A stretch of 61,125 nt of DNA, taken from IMG/VR virus record IMGVR_UViG_3300032315_001187, positions 1-61,125 of that record; one strand, given 5' to 3'. The position numbers and the translations under genes were made by a program. The notes beneath the pieces are model-generated. The model did no database searches, was not told the origin of the DNA, and saw nothing but the letters and a program-made list of their open reading frames with translations. The DNA comes from a virus. Lineage: Duplodnaviria; Caudoviricetes. Positions 24,474-33,614 of the stretch are shown here, one piece after another (within the stretch, counting starts at the first letter, position 1; the number at the start of each line of letters is the position of its first letter).

Positions 24474-24550
24474 GGGGCTGCTGGATCTGAAGTGTTGGCA
24501 CACGCTAGGCTCATAGCCTAGAATTCCGGGTTCGATTCCCGGCAGTCCCC
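24474..24550 (+). tRNA. tRNA with CAT anticodon (Met or Ile2), atypical D arm
   Basis: Acceptor GGGGCTG/CAGTCCC, anticodon arm CTAGG-CTCATAG-CCTAG, T arm CCGGG-TTCGATT-CCCGG. Confidence 0.75.
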
Positions 24551-24567
24551 ATTATTTCTTTCTCTTG

Positions 24568-24822
24568 ATGGCAAAGTCGGACGGATATTTTGCTCGCCGT
24601 ACTGCGTGGGTGTGGTTTAAGAATGGTTTAAACTTACCGAGTAAATGGGAGCCAGGATTTACTGCCATTGCAGAACCAATTCCTGGCTTTTATCGAGTGG
24701 AGCACCGTGAATATCGCACTGAACTTTTACCTTCGTGGCGTATTTCCTTTTCTAAGCCTGATGATATTGACAAGGGCCCTCCCATTGAACTAAATGTAGA
24801 ATGGCGTTACGCTCCTGGATGA
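24568..24822 (+). CDS. Hypothetical protein
   Basis: ATG 24568, Trp/Pro-containing. Confidence 0.65.
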   Translation: MAKSDGYFARRTAWVWFKNGLNLPSKWEPGFTAIAEPIPGFYRVEHREYRTELLPSWRISFSKPDDIDKGPPIELNVEWRYAPG

Positions 24823-24852
24823 GTATTCTCTTCCATTCGTCATTCGCGAACC

Positions 24853-25056
24853 ATGAACGAACGTCGAACGTGGAATAATCCCACGCGTGAACCGTGGAAC
24901 CCAGTGATTCATCAACTTTTACGTGCTGTTGATCATCACAACGAAGCATTTTTCAAAGATGGCAAGGAATGGCATCTAGAAAAAGCTGCAATGCTGAGGC
25001 AATATGTCAGAGAGTTAAAGGAATGGATTCAAGAAGAAGAAAGCATAAATGAATAA
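24853..25056 (+). CDS. Hypothetical protein
   Basis: accATG; WN.P.REPWN...H.EKA. Confidence 0.7.
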   Translation: MNERRTWNNPTREPWNPVIHQLLRAVDHHNEAFFKDGKEWHLEKAAMLRQYVRELKEWIQEEESINE

Positions 25057-25254
25057 AAAAGAAGCAGCAACTATTGCTCATGCGCGAACTATTGCATAAT
25101 TTTGAGCAAGGTTAGAGCGCATTAGCTCACGAACTGGTGCGGCCAGTCCCTTGCATCGTTTCACCATTGCCTAAAGGGGCCTGAACCCTAAAGAAATGAT
25201 GTAGCCAGTGGCCACTGGGCTCCTGCAGAAGCTCTAGAAGCTTAGCACGTCTGT

Positions 25255-25494
25255 TCACAAATCAAAACATTTGCACTCGTCGCAGGATGGGTTTTGCTTG
25301 CAGCGCTTGTCCCACCATTGCTCACGTTGATCGTTTTCGTTCATTGCGTAATATTTGTCCATGAGTCGCCTGTACTCCCCATTGGCTTGGCTCATTTGCT
25401 CGCTTTGCAGGCCATGGATTTGCCCCACTGTCTGCATCTTGTATGCGGCTTCGATGGCTTGGTTAAAGGCGGTTTCAGTGGCTGGCGAAAGCAT
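25255..25494 (-). CDS. Hypothetical protein with Cys-rich C-terminus
   Basis: Ends CKQNPSCDECKCFDL. Confidence 0.7.
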   Translation of the reverse strand: MLSPATETAFNQAIEAAYKMQTVGQIHGLQSEQMSQANGEYRRLMDKYYAMNENDQREQWWDKRCKQNPSCDECKCFDL

Positions 25495-25521
25495 GGCGGT
25501 TAATTCGCAAGTTTCAACAGT

Positions 25522-25740
25522 CTACTCATTGCTCTCCTTTTGGATTTTCATTGTCTGTGTTAGTTTCCTCAAACGGGGAAGGAGCGATGGCTGGTAGAAA
25601 TGGTCTGCAGCCAGTAATTGCAAGGCCATTTGCTTGTTACCTTCCAGTAGTGCCACGAGAAAAACTGCCTCCTTTTGAGAGAGTTGGAAATTGTTCACTA
25701 GTGAATAATGCTTAATTTTCCCAACAATACTACATGCCAA
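25522..25740 (-). CDS. Hypothetical protein (start uncertain)
   Basis: ORF downstream of terL. Confidence 0.5.
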   Translation of the reverse strand: MACSIVGKIKHYSLVNNFQLSQKEAVFLVALLEGNKQMALQLLAADHFYQPSLLPRLRKLTQTMKIQKESNE

Positions 25741-27120
25741 TTATCGAATGAGACTATCTATCCAATGAAGATCGTCGTCCTTTGAGGCTTGTAAGATTGC
25801 GGCTGCCATGGCAAATGCATAGTCATCCACGCCCACTTCCTTGCCGCCACTAATTGACCATTGTCCTGATGCTTTATACACCACGCTTAGATTTTTAAGC
25901 TGCTTAATCGCCTTCTCATGGTTGTAAATATCTACGAGGCCAGCATTAAACAATTCTTTCATCTTGCTGAATGCTTTCATCTTGCTGCTGACGGACCAAG
26001 TGAGTTCTTCAATGGGGAAATCAGCGGCAAGGGATTGAATGGTGGCGGAACTGTTGTATTGGTCAAGCACAATGCTGTCAAAATTGTAAAGTTTATGGTG
26101 CTCTCGTATCCAATCCTCTACTGCCTGAATACTCACTTCCTTTTTCCCATTGATCTCAAAATCTGCAAGGAACGTGTGGAACTTATCCACCACTAGCGTT
26201 TCGCCATCAAAATGCACAATACATGCCGTGTAGTCATCTCGTCCCACGCCCCCGCGAGCAGGGTCAAGCGCCAGCACGTATTTGCCATGGAAGTGAACTG
26301 ATGGTGGCAGCAAGCTCCTGTGTTTGTTGATTGCTGCATCTACCACTTCAGAGGCCAGCAGCGCTGACATGTTACGAGCAAATTGCGCTCCATATTCAAT
26401 CATGAACTTATCCGGGTCCCGCTTACGTTCTGCCTGCATGAAGGCACAGTCGTAAGGCAATTCAGGGTTCATCTCCCACGTGGGAGTGTTTACTGGCTGC
26501 ATAAAGGGAAACTCCCCACTGGTAGCCTCGCAGAAATGCTGGTAGAACAGACCGTCAGTGAGCCATGGCGAAGAGAGTTCCAGGATGCGACCATGATTGC
26601 CGAACTGAGCAATGGACGGCGATAGTGCGTCGTAGATAGCTTTTGCGCCAGCGTTGGCATCGCCTTCCTGACTGAAGGCAAGCTCGTCCATAATGATTGC
26701 CGCCACAGCACGACCACGAGATGCACGAGCACTGCTGGAGATGGCCCTAAACACACAACCATTGCTTATTTCAAGCGTGTCAGTGGTTTCCCTTACGATT
26801 TCCTGAGCAAAGGGACTTTCAACAATCAATCCGCGAATGGTGTTGAGGGCAATCTTTGCCTGGTCAATACCGTTGGCAATGGTGCAAATGTACCAACTCT
26901 CTCCTTTGCGAATCTTGCGTTTGTATTTTTCCTCTAGAACAAAGCAGATGTAGGTGCAGGCAACTGCTGCCATGAGCGTCTTGCCAGATCGTCGGCCCAG
27001 CGCCCACACTGCATGAGTCTTTCCCCCATGGAAAAATTCATCGAGAATATCAGCCTGCTTTTCCCATAGCGGGAGCTTTAGCGCATGCCGCGCAAAGTCC
27101 GAACATTTAATTACTGCCAT
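25741..27120 (-). CDS. terL: Terminase large subunit
   Basis: Walker A GRRSGKT, Walker B IIMDE, SSP coupling motif, RNase H-like LALDP...DD and C-terminal DD. Confidence 0.92.
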   Translation of the reverse strand: MAVIKCSDFARHALKLPLWEKQADILDEFFHGGKTHAVWALGRRSGKTLMAAVACTYICFVLEEKYKRKIRKGESWYICTIANGIDQAKIALNTIRGLIVESPFAQEIVRETTDTLEISNGCVFRAISSSARASRGRAVAAIIMDELAFSQEGDANAGAKAIYDALSPSIAQFGNHGRILELSSPWLTDGLFYQHFCEATSGEFPFMQPVNTPTWEMNPELPYDCAFMQAERKRDPDKFMIEYGAQFARNMSALLASEVVDAAINKHRSLLPPSVHFHGKYVLALDPARGGVGRDDYTACIVHFDGETLVVDKFHTFLADFEINGKKEVSIQAVEDWIREHHKLYNFDSIVLDQYNSSATIQSLAADFPIEELTWSVSSKMKAFSKMKELFNAGLVDIYNHEKAIKQLKNLSVVYKASGQWSISGGKEVGVDDYAFAMAAAILQASKDDDLHWIDSLIR

Positions 27121-27607
27121 TGAGAGTGCTCATCGGCATCAATGCCGTTTTGGGAACAAAATATGCTGGTCTACCGCCAGCGGGATCGGACCAATATTGT
27201 TCTTTCATTGCATCCTTGCCACGAATCCAGCCATGAATGACGGTTTTCTTGTCTTGAATGGTGACAAGAACAAATTTCTTATTGGGACTTTCGTTCTTTT
27301 GCACGATTAAATCATAACTATGGCGACTGCGGGTTTTCACATCTATGCCGGGCAGATCGCAGGAACCACGCTTGGCCTCGGTTTCTTTATAAAGAAATTC
27401 TTTAAGACCAAGATACGAAGCAACTGCCATTTCCCCTGCGGCGCCCAACAAGTGAATGGTGAGAGCCATTGCTCCCGTTGCTACTCCCCCATTGCGCCCC
27501 TTGAGTCCCCGTATTTCGTTAATTGCTTGCCTGCGGAAGGCTTCCTTGCAGGCCGCTTTGCGTTCTTCCTCGGTAAAGACGAATTCAATGGGGAGAGTGG
27601 GGGCCAT
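27107..27607 (-). CDS. PD-(D/E)XK-like protein
   Basis: GAAGEMAVA..L...D....DVKT. Confidence 0.6.
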   Translation of the reverse strand: MAPTLPIEFVFTEEERKAACKEAFRRQAINEIRGLKGRNGGVATGAMALTIHLLGAAGEMAVASYLGLKEFLYKETEAKRGSCDLPGIDVKTRSRHSYDLIVQKNESPNKKFVLVTIQDKKTVIHGWIRGKDAMKEQYWSDPAGGRPAYFVPKTALMPMSTLNGSN

Positions 27608-27670
27608 AATGTGGAGGCATCAGGGCCACTATACCCACTGTTAGCATAGAAACAACCCCACAATAGAGAA

Positions 27671-29755
27671 ATGGCTGAGGAAATTGTTGACTTAGGGCAT
27701 GCCACTGAAGCTGGCCTGCGGAACGACGGGCTTGCCAATGCTCTGACTGGCATGGGAAGCGGCAGGGATAAGAGCCAATACACCTACACCAAGCCAATCA
27801 CTTTCCTCGTACAGGAAGAACTGGAGGGACTCTATGGGGAATGGTTGCCACGCCGCATCATCGACATTTATGCAGAGCAGGCCACGCGCAAGGGCTTCAA
27901 AGTGTTGTTTGGTGGCGAAGGGGCAAAAGCCGAGGAAGTGGCTGGCGTGGAGCAAGTGATTGAAGATTTGTACATCCTTGAAAGCTTAATGCTGGCATCG
28001 AAGAATTCTCGTCTTTACGGCGGTGCAGTTATTCTGATGTACATTGACGATGGCCGCCCCGCTGATCAGCCAGTAGACAAGAACAACATCTACAAAGTTG
28101 AAGGCCTGGAAGTGTTGGATAGGTATCAAATTGCGCCAGTAATTAACGAAGAAAATATCTACGATTATTCCAGGGCAACGTATTATCAAATTATCTCCGG
28201 CGACCTCATCCGCCAGCCACAGTTAACTTACATCCACAAAGATAGGATTTTACGTTTTGATGGCGATTGGCTTCCCTATCGCATTAGGCAGAGGAACTAT
28301 GGGTGGGGAATGAGTAATTTACAAGTGATTTACGACAGCTTCCGTCACTATTGGACTGGTTTAAATTCTGCTGCCACACTGCTCACTGAGTTTGATATTT
28401 TTGTTCACAAGATTCGCGGCTTGGCTTCCATGCTTGCCGCTGGTAAAGAAGGACAAGTGAGGGACAGGCTCGTGCTGAACGACATGAGCAAGAGCATTTA
28501 TCGCGGCTATGCCATTGACGCAGAGAAAGAAGAACTTAGCTTTGAAAGCCGCAATCTTGGTGGTATTGGCGAAATCCTTGAGAAGCTGCGTATTGATATT
28601 ATTGGTGCCTCCAAAATCCCTCACACCTTGTTGTTTGGCGAGAGCCCTGGCGGCCTTGGTTCCACTGGCCGCAGTGAAGAGCGTGACTTCGCCAAGACGC
28701 TTGCTGATTATCAAACGGCAGTGTTCAAGCGCCCGCTTAAGCAATTGATGGAATACATCATGCTCAGCAAGACCGGACCGACCAACGGGCGGCTGCCTGA
28801 GTCCTGGCGCGTCCATTTCAACGATCTGTATGAGCTGAACGAGCGCGAGAAAGCTGACGTGCGGGCTCGCGTGGCAGCCGTTGACGGTCGCTATATTCAA
28901 CTGGGCGTTCTTCATCCACAAGAAGTGGCTGATGCTCGTTACGGCGGCAGCGAGTGGTCAATGGAACTCACTCTTGACCCATCGCTTCCTCGTGAACTGC
29001 CCGTGCAGGGGCAGAGTGGAGGGCAGAGTCAAGGGCAGAGTGGCATGGCAGTGCCCCCTGGTGGCCGTGATCCCCTGAACGAGGAGAATGGCACGTTACC
29101 AATGGATGGCAGCAGAGAAGTGGAAGATTCCGCTGGATTGTTTCTAGAAGGCGATTTAGAAAAAATCAGGGGCGATGTGAAATTTGCTGACAAAAGCCTT
29201 CATCAGCAAGCCATTGCAGCCGCAAAGGCTAAGTTCAAAGTGTGGCCCAGCGCTTATGCCAGTGCCTACATGGTCAAGCAATACAAGGAATTGTACAAAC
29301 GTAAGCATGGTTCATCGGGCGGAGCATTTAGTGGCAAGGATGGCGAGGAGATCCACGCTGATGATCTTGAGCAATGGTTTAAAGAGGAGTGGGTGAGGAT
29401 TGGCGCCAATGGGGAAATTCTTGGCGAATGTGGTGGACGTGAAGAAAAGGAAGGAAAACCTAAATGCTTGCCAAAGGCTAAGGCGGAAGCGATGAGCAAG
29501 GAAGAGCGTCATACTATTGTTGCTCGCAAGCGCAAGTCAGATCCCGATCCTGATCGTGAAGGGCCAGCGAAAATGGTCAGCAGTAAAGTAGACGCAATCG
29601 AACCCTTGAAAGTTTCTGGACTGTTGCTTAACGATTATGACGAGGCTGCGTTGGTGAACCAGGCAGATATTGATGCTGCTTTAAACGAATGGAAGAGCGA
29701 AGCGCCAGAACGTTTCAAGGACATCCTAGAGGCTGACAATGTTGAGCCTCGATAA
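27671..29755 (+). CDS. Portal protein (DUF1073/HI1409 type) with C-terminal extra domains
   Basis: SRLYGGA, IHKDR, WG.S, IPHTLLFGESPGGL; first gene of the head module. Confidence 0.88.
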   Translation: MAEEIVDLGHATEAGLRNDGLANALTGMGSGRDKSQYTYTKPITFLVQEELEGLYGEWLPRRIIDIYAEQATRKGFKVLFGGEGAKAEEVAGVEQVIEDLYILESLMLASKNSRLYGGAVILMYIDDGRPADQPVDKNNIYKVEGLEVLDRYQIAPVINEENIYDYSRATYYQIISGDLIRQPQLTYIHKDRILRFDGDWLPYRIRQRNYGWGMSNLQVIYDSFRHYWTGLNSAATLLTEFDIFVHKIRGLASMLAAGKEGQVRDRLVLNDMSKSIYRGYAIDAEKEELSFESRNLGGIGEILEKLRIDIIGASKIPHTLLFGESPGGLGSTGRSEERDFAKTLADYQTAVFKRPLKQLMEYIMLSKTGPTNGRLPESWRVHFNDLYELNEREKADVRARVAAVDGRYIQLGVLHPQEVADARYGGSEWSMELTLDPSLPRELPVQGQSGGQSQGQSGMAVPPGGRDPLNEENGTLPMDGSREVEDSAGLFLEGDLEKIRGDVKFADKSLHQQAIAAAKAKFKVWPSAYASAYMVKQYKELYKRKHGSSGGAFSGKDGEEIHADDLEQWFKEEWVRIGANGEILGECGGREEKEGKPKCLPKAKAEAMSKEERHTIVARKRKSDPDPDREGPAKMVSSKVDAIEPLKVSGLLLNDYDEAALVNQADIDAALNEWKSEAPERFKDILEADNVEPR

Positions 29756-30422
29756 TCTCGCTTCATTTAGCGATGCCGTGCTGTCCACGAGAATGGACGC
29801 TAGCTGGTCTTATGACCCCGTTAGCGGTCGTTATCGCGGCGAAAATGGCCGTTTCCTGGGTCAAAAAGCCGTTGAAGCCCTCGTTGACGGTCGCATTGGT
29901 AAGCTGTCAATGCAACTCAAGGACTACACGAGACGACTCTCCGATGGTTCAATCACCATTGATCAATGGCAGGGCAGTGTACGTGAGGCCCTCAAGGCGG
30001 CGCACATTCAAGCGGCGGTTTTGGGGCAAGGTGGACGCAATGCGCTGTCGCCTTCGGACTATGGTCGCATCGGTCAAAAGCTTCGTCAGGAATACCGTTA
30101 TCTTGAACGTTTTGTTCGTGATATGCTTGACGGCTCTGTGTCTAGCGCCCACGCTCTTAATCGTGTTGGCTTATACGCTGAAAGCGTTCGCTCAAGTTAC
30201 TGGGAGGGAACTACGGTTCGTCAGAACCAGCAAGGCTACTCGCTCATGCGGCGAATCCTGGATGGCCAAGCTGTCCACTGTCAGGATTGTATTGGTTACG
30301 CACAACGAGGAATAGTGCCAATTGGTAGCCTTCCAATGCCCGGTCAACGGTGTGAATGTCGCGCACGATGCAAATGCACCGTTGAATATCTCAGGCAGCA
30401 AGCGCCAACTGTGCCAATATAG
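29739..30422 (+). CDS. Minor head (MuF-like) morphogenesis protein
   Basis: Follows the portal; C-terminal HCQDC...PG..C.C...C.C. Confidence 0.75.
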   Translation: MLSLDNLASFSDAVLSTRMDASWSYDPVSGRYRGENGRFLGQKAVEALVDGRIGKLSMQLKDYTRRLSDGSITIDQWQGSVREALKAAHIQAAVLGQGGRNALSPSDYGRIGQKLRQEYRYLERFVRDMLDGSVSSAHALNRVGLYAESVRSSYWEGTTVRQNQQGYSLMRRILDGQAVHCQDCIGYAQRGIVPIGSLPMPGQRCECRARCKCTVEYLRQQAPTVPI

Positions 30423-30440
30423 GACAGAGAATTAAAACAC

Positions 30441-31193
30441 ATGAAAGTCCTCGTCGGAGATACTGGCTTGGTTGGCAGCGTTTTGCGTCAGTCTGTTAAT
30501 TTTGATGCCACCTTCAATTCCACAAATATTCACGAGTTGCCCATTATTGCCTCGATGCCGGGGAGAGTGGAAGAGCTGTATCTTGCATGTCTACCCGCAA
30601 CAAAATGGCTGGTCAATCAAGATCCCGCCAAGGACTTGAACAATATTCTTTCTATCGTTGATGTGCTCTCCAAGGTGTGGGCCTCAAAGGTTATTTTGAT
30701 TTCTACCATTGACATTTACCAGCAAACAAATACTGGCGCTGACGAAGCAAATTGGACGCAATTTGGCTCGTTGAGCTATGGGGCAAACAGGCTGCTATTT
30801 GAAGCACTTGTTCGAGATACACTTGCGTTTAACACTTGCATTGTGCGGTTGCCAGCAGTATTTCACCCGCTCATTAAAAAGAACATTTTGTTCGACCTGC
30901 TTAATGACAATAACGTAGAGCAAATTAATGGCAATTCATCCTACCAATGGTATCCACTAAAGCGACTGTGGCAAGACATTCAATCAATCAAGGATAATGA
31001 TGTAACAAATTTATTCCCTCCTCCCATCGAAACTCTTGACATTATTAATAAATTCTTCCCAAATACAGAAGTGGCTTCGGGGCAGCGAGTATTGTACGAT
31101 TATTGCACTGATGCCACTGAAAGTGGTTATTGGCTTTCAAGGGACGAAGTTATGCAAGAAATGGAGGCATTTATCAATGAAACTCGGAATTAG
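30441..31193 (+). CDS. NAD-dependent epimerase/dehydratase-like protein
   Basis: GDTGLVG, ISTIDIY, YGxNR. Confidence 0.8.
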   Translation: MKVLVGDTGLVGSVLRQSVNFDATFNSTNIHELPIIASMPGRVEELYLACLPATKWLVNQDPAKDLNNILSIVDVLSKVWASKVILISTIDIYQQTNTGADEANWTQFGSLSYGANRLLFEALVRDTLAFNTCIVRLPAVFHPLIKKNILFDLLNDNNVEQINGNSSYQWYPLKRLWQDIQSIKDNDVTNLFPPPIETLDIINKFFPNTEVASGQRVLYDYCTDATESGYWLSRDEVMQEMEAFINETRN

Positions 31194-31896
31194 TGCGATT
31201 GGCTGGGAAGCAGAAGATCATGCGGCAATGGTGCTGCACTTTCCTGACGGCGTTGAGCTACTAGAAGCCGTGCCCTTCAAGAGACACAGTTATTTTTCCG
31301 GCTATTTACAAAAATATTCCGCCCAATCACTGTTCTACGGGATGGACATTGAGACGTTTTGGGATACACAGGCAATTGATTTATGCTTGACAAAGTTAAC
31401 CGCCATGGCGCACCAACATGGATGGAAGCGAATGGTGCTTGGCAGTCCAAGTCTGCGCAGGGGTGACAGGCGATACTTAATGGACGCGCTCGCGAGAATT
31501 AATGATACTTTGGCGGCCATTGACTGCATTATTTGTATTGAACCCGTGGCCAGACAGTATGGGGGCGAATATTTTTTTACGGTGGAAGAAATTGTACAAA
31601 GTCTTGCCGAATATTCATTGTCTCATGCCGCCACAATGATTGACACCAATAGCGTGTGGTTAGAAAGTCAGCTCCCGGAAGACGTGCTTGTTCAGTATTT
31701 CCCCTATATCAAGCATGTTCACATTAGTGATCAAAAAATTGGCCCCATTGTTTCGCAGGAAAAACACGAGCGCTTTGCCAAGGCATTACAAGATACAAAG
31801 TACGAAGGCGGAGTAATTCGCGAGCTGTTAAAGGCAAAAAATTATCCCGGCGAGTACCATTATTTCGCTCAAATTTACAAGCCATCCAGCATCTGA
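31177..31896 (+). CDS. Sugar phosphate isomerase/epimerase (xylose-isomerase-like TIM barrel)
   Basis: GISAIGW, VLGSP, CIEP, IDT, HVHISD. Confidence 0.8.
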   Translation: MKLGISAIGWEAEDHAAMVLHFPDGVELLEAVPFKRHSYFSGYLQKYSAQSLFYGMDIETFWDTQAIDLCLTKLTAMAHQHGWKRMVLGSPSLRRGDRRYLMDALARINDTLAAIDCIICIEPVARQYGGEYFFTVEEIVQSLAEYSLSHAATMIDTNSVWLESQLPEDVLVQYFPYIKHVHISDQKIGPIVSQEKHERFAKALQDTKYEGGVIRELLKAKNYPGEYHYFAQIYKPSSI

Positions 31897-32858
31897 CGCA
31901 CTCGTTCCTCAATTAAGTAGATGCCTTGAATTTTGCCTGTGTAGCAAGACAGAAAATTGCCTTGCTGTTTAAACAATGGCGCCCGATAAGCGCTGGCATT
32001 ATTTCGCTTGCTTTTTATTGAAAGCACAATGCTGTCCTGTGAAAGATGGCTTGAAAAGTCGGGCCAATAATGACGAACATGGATTTCCGCTTTATGCCTA
32101 AGTTGCTCCAATTGTTCGTCTGATGGCTTTTTGTTGACAGGCGTGACCGACTTCGCTGCAACGCTATGCACCACGTGACTTAAGGAAATGGTGCCGTCGT
32201 GGAATGGATAAAAAGAAAACAATGGTCCATCAATATAAGTAAGAGCGCCAAATGGTAAAGGTTTTTGGATGCTGTAAAGAAACATTGCCACTGCTTCAAA
32301 GTATTCATTGTCTGATGGCTTCAGCAGTGCATTATTAGTACAATCAATTACTAAATCAAATTCGCATTTTAATTTTTCCACGCCCTTCATTATAATTTCG
32401 TTTTGCTTGAACAATGGGGATAGCTGCGCAGAAAAGAATTTCTTGGCCTCTATGGGAGAGATGTAGCGTTCCTGCGTACGCCAGACCATAGAGGTGTCAC
32501 GAAGAAAACTGGTTTCAACTTCTTCGTGCTGCCAAAGCGGTGAAGGGAAAATAGTTTCAATAGTTCCAGCATCCAGAAGGCTCTCATCTTCTGGCACTGC
32601 GTATAAATTATCTTTTACAGCGTAAGTAAGCGCCCCGTAATCATGCATAAAGCGATCAAAGGTGAGCTGGCATAGTGCGCGTGTGGCGGAATTTCTGGCG
32701 TAGTGGTAGCCAAGGTGAAGGCGGTTTTGGTTTATTAGTGAAGCGCCGTGAAACGGCTTGGGTTCGCGATCAAAAAGCGTGATGCAATGTTCATCTCTAA
32801 GCTGATAAGCCAAGTGGCATCCCACCCAGCCAGCGCCAATAATTGCCAGGCGTTTCAT
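31875..32858 (-). CDS. FAD-dependent oxidoreductase (DAO-like)
   Basis: IIGAGWVG, NQNRLHLGYHY, GKI. Confidence 0.85.
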   Translation of the reverse strand: MKRLAIIGAGWVGCHLAYQLRDEHCITLFDREPKPFHGASLINQNRLHLGYHYARNSATRALCQLTFDRFMHDYGALTYAVKDNLYAVPEDESLLDAGTIETIFPSPLWQHEEVETSFLRDTSMVWRTQERYISPIEAKKFFSAQLSPLFKQNEIIMKGVEKLKCEFDLVIDCTNNALLKPSDNEYFEAVAMFLYSIQKPLPFGALTYIDGPLFSFYPFHDGTISLSHVVHSVAAKSVTPVNKKPSDEQLEQLRHKAEIHVRHYWPDFSSHLSQDSIVLSIKSKRNNASAYRAPLFKQQGNFLSCYTGKIQGIYLIEERVRQMLDGL

Positions 32859-33571
32859 TAAATGTCAATGCAAAGGTGAGGTTGAACACCCTGCCAATTA
32901 CTTTTCGCTTTGGACAAGTCCAGTTGAGGAAAGTATTCAATGCGGCGTTGTGCGCCAGTCCCATACGGATCTGCGTGCCCCTGGTAATTCCATTCGTCAG
33001 GGCCATGGCGATCTGGGTGGTAAATATGGCAGTGTACGTCTTGAAGTTTCCAAAGCATGTAATCCTCGTTTGGCACCCCCCATTGCTTCCACTGTTGAAG
33101 TGCATCTGGCGAGCTGTCCATGTTTTTAATGGCCATTAAGCGATCTCGATGCTGCATGAGATAGTCGTGACGATACAGGCCAATACTCATTGACGGCGTA
33201 CATTTCATTGCAACTTTCTCCGGCGCTTCCACGGGGGGGTCATAGGCTAATTGCTTAAAGGCGGCGCCTGCAATACAGGTGTCATGCAAAAGAAACCAAT
33301 ATTTACTTTCCATGGAGTGCTCAACAATTTCGATGAGCGGGGTGTATTCAAAAGAATTTTGCTGCGTTAGCAGCATTGGCACACCTTCGCACTCTGTCAA
33401 AGCATGAGTGGCCTGCCCACCGTTTACGATTAATATTTTCTCTGGTTCGATGCCAGCCGCAAGCAAGCTTGGAATGATCACTGGAATGGTATGCGGGGCA
33501 AACTTCTTGCAGGTACTGATGCAGAAGCGAATTGAGCCGCCTGGAAGTGCCATGTGGTTCCCTTTTGTCAT
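32858..33571 (-). CDS. Putative GT-A-like glycosyltransferase
   Basis: NSFEYT, FLLHDT; located in the sugar cluster. Confidence 0.45.
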   Translation of the reverse strand: MTKGNHMALPGGSIRFCISTCKKFAPHTIPVIIPSLLAAGIEPEKILIVNGGQATHALTECEGVPMLLTQQNSFEYTPLIEIVEHSMESKYWFLLHDTCIAGAAFKQLAYDPPVEAPEKVAMKCTPSMSIGLYRHDYLMQHRDRLMAIKNMDSSPDALQQWKQWGVPNEDYMLWKLQDVHCHIYHPDRHGPDEWNYQGHADPYGTGAQRRIEYFPQLDLSKAKSNWQGVQPHLCIDI

Positions 33572-33614
33572 CAGTATAAAAGCCCACTAAGATGGCGAAG
33601 ATTCACGAAGGATT

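Noticed and set aside
24474-24551. tmRNA
   Set aside because: Has a complete CAT anticodon arm, G4-U rather than G3-U70, and no tag reading frame.
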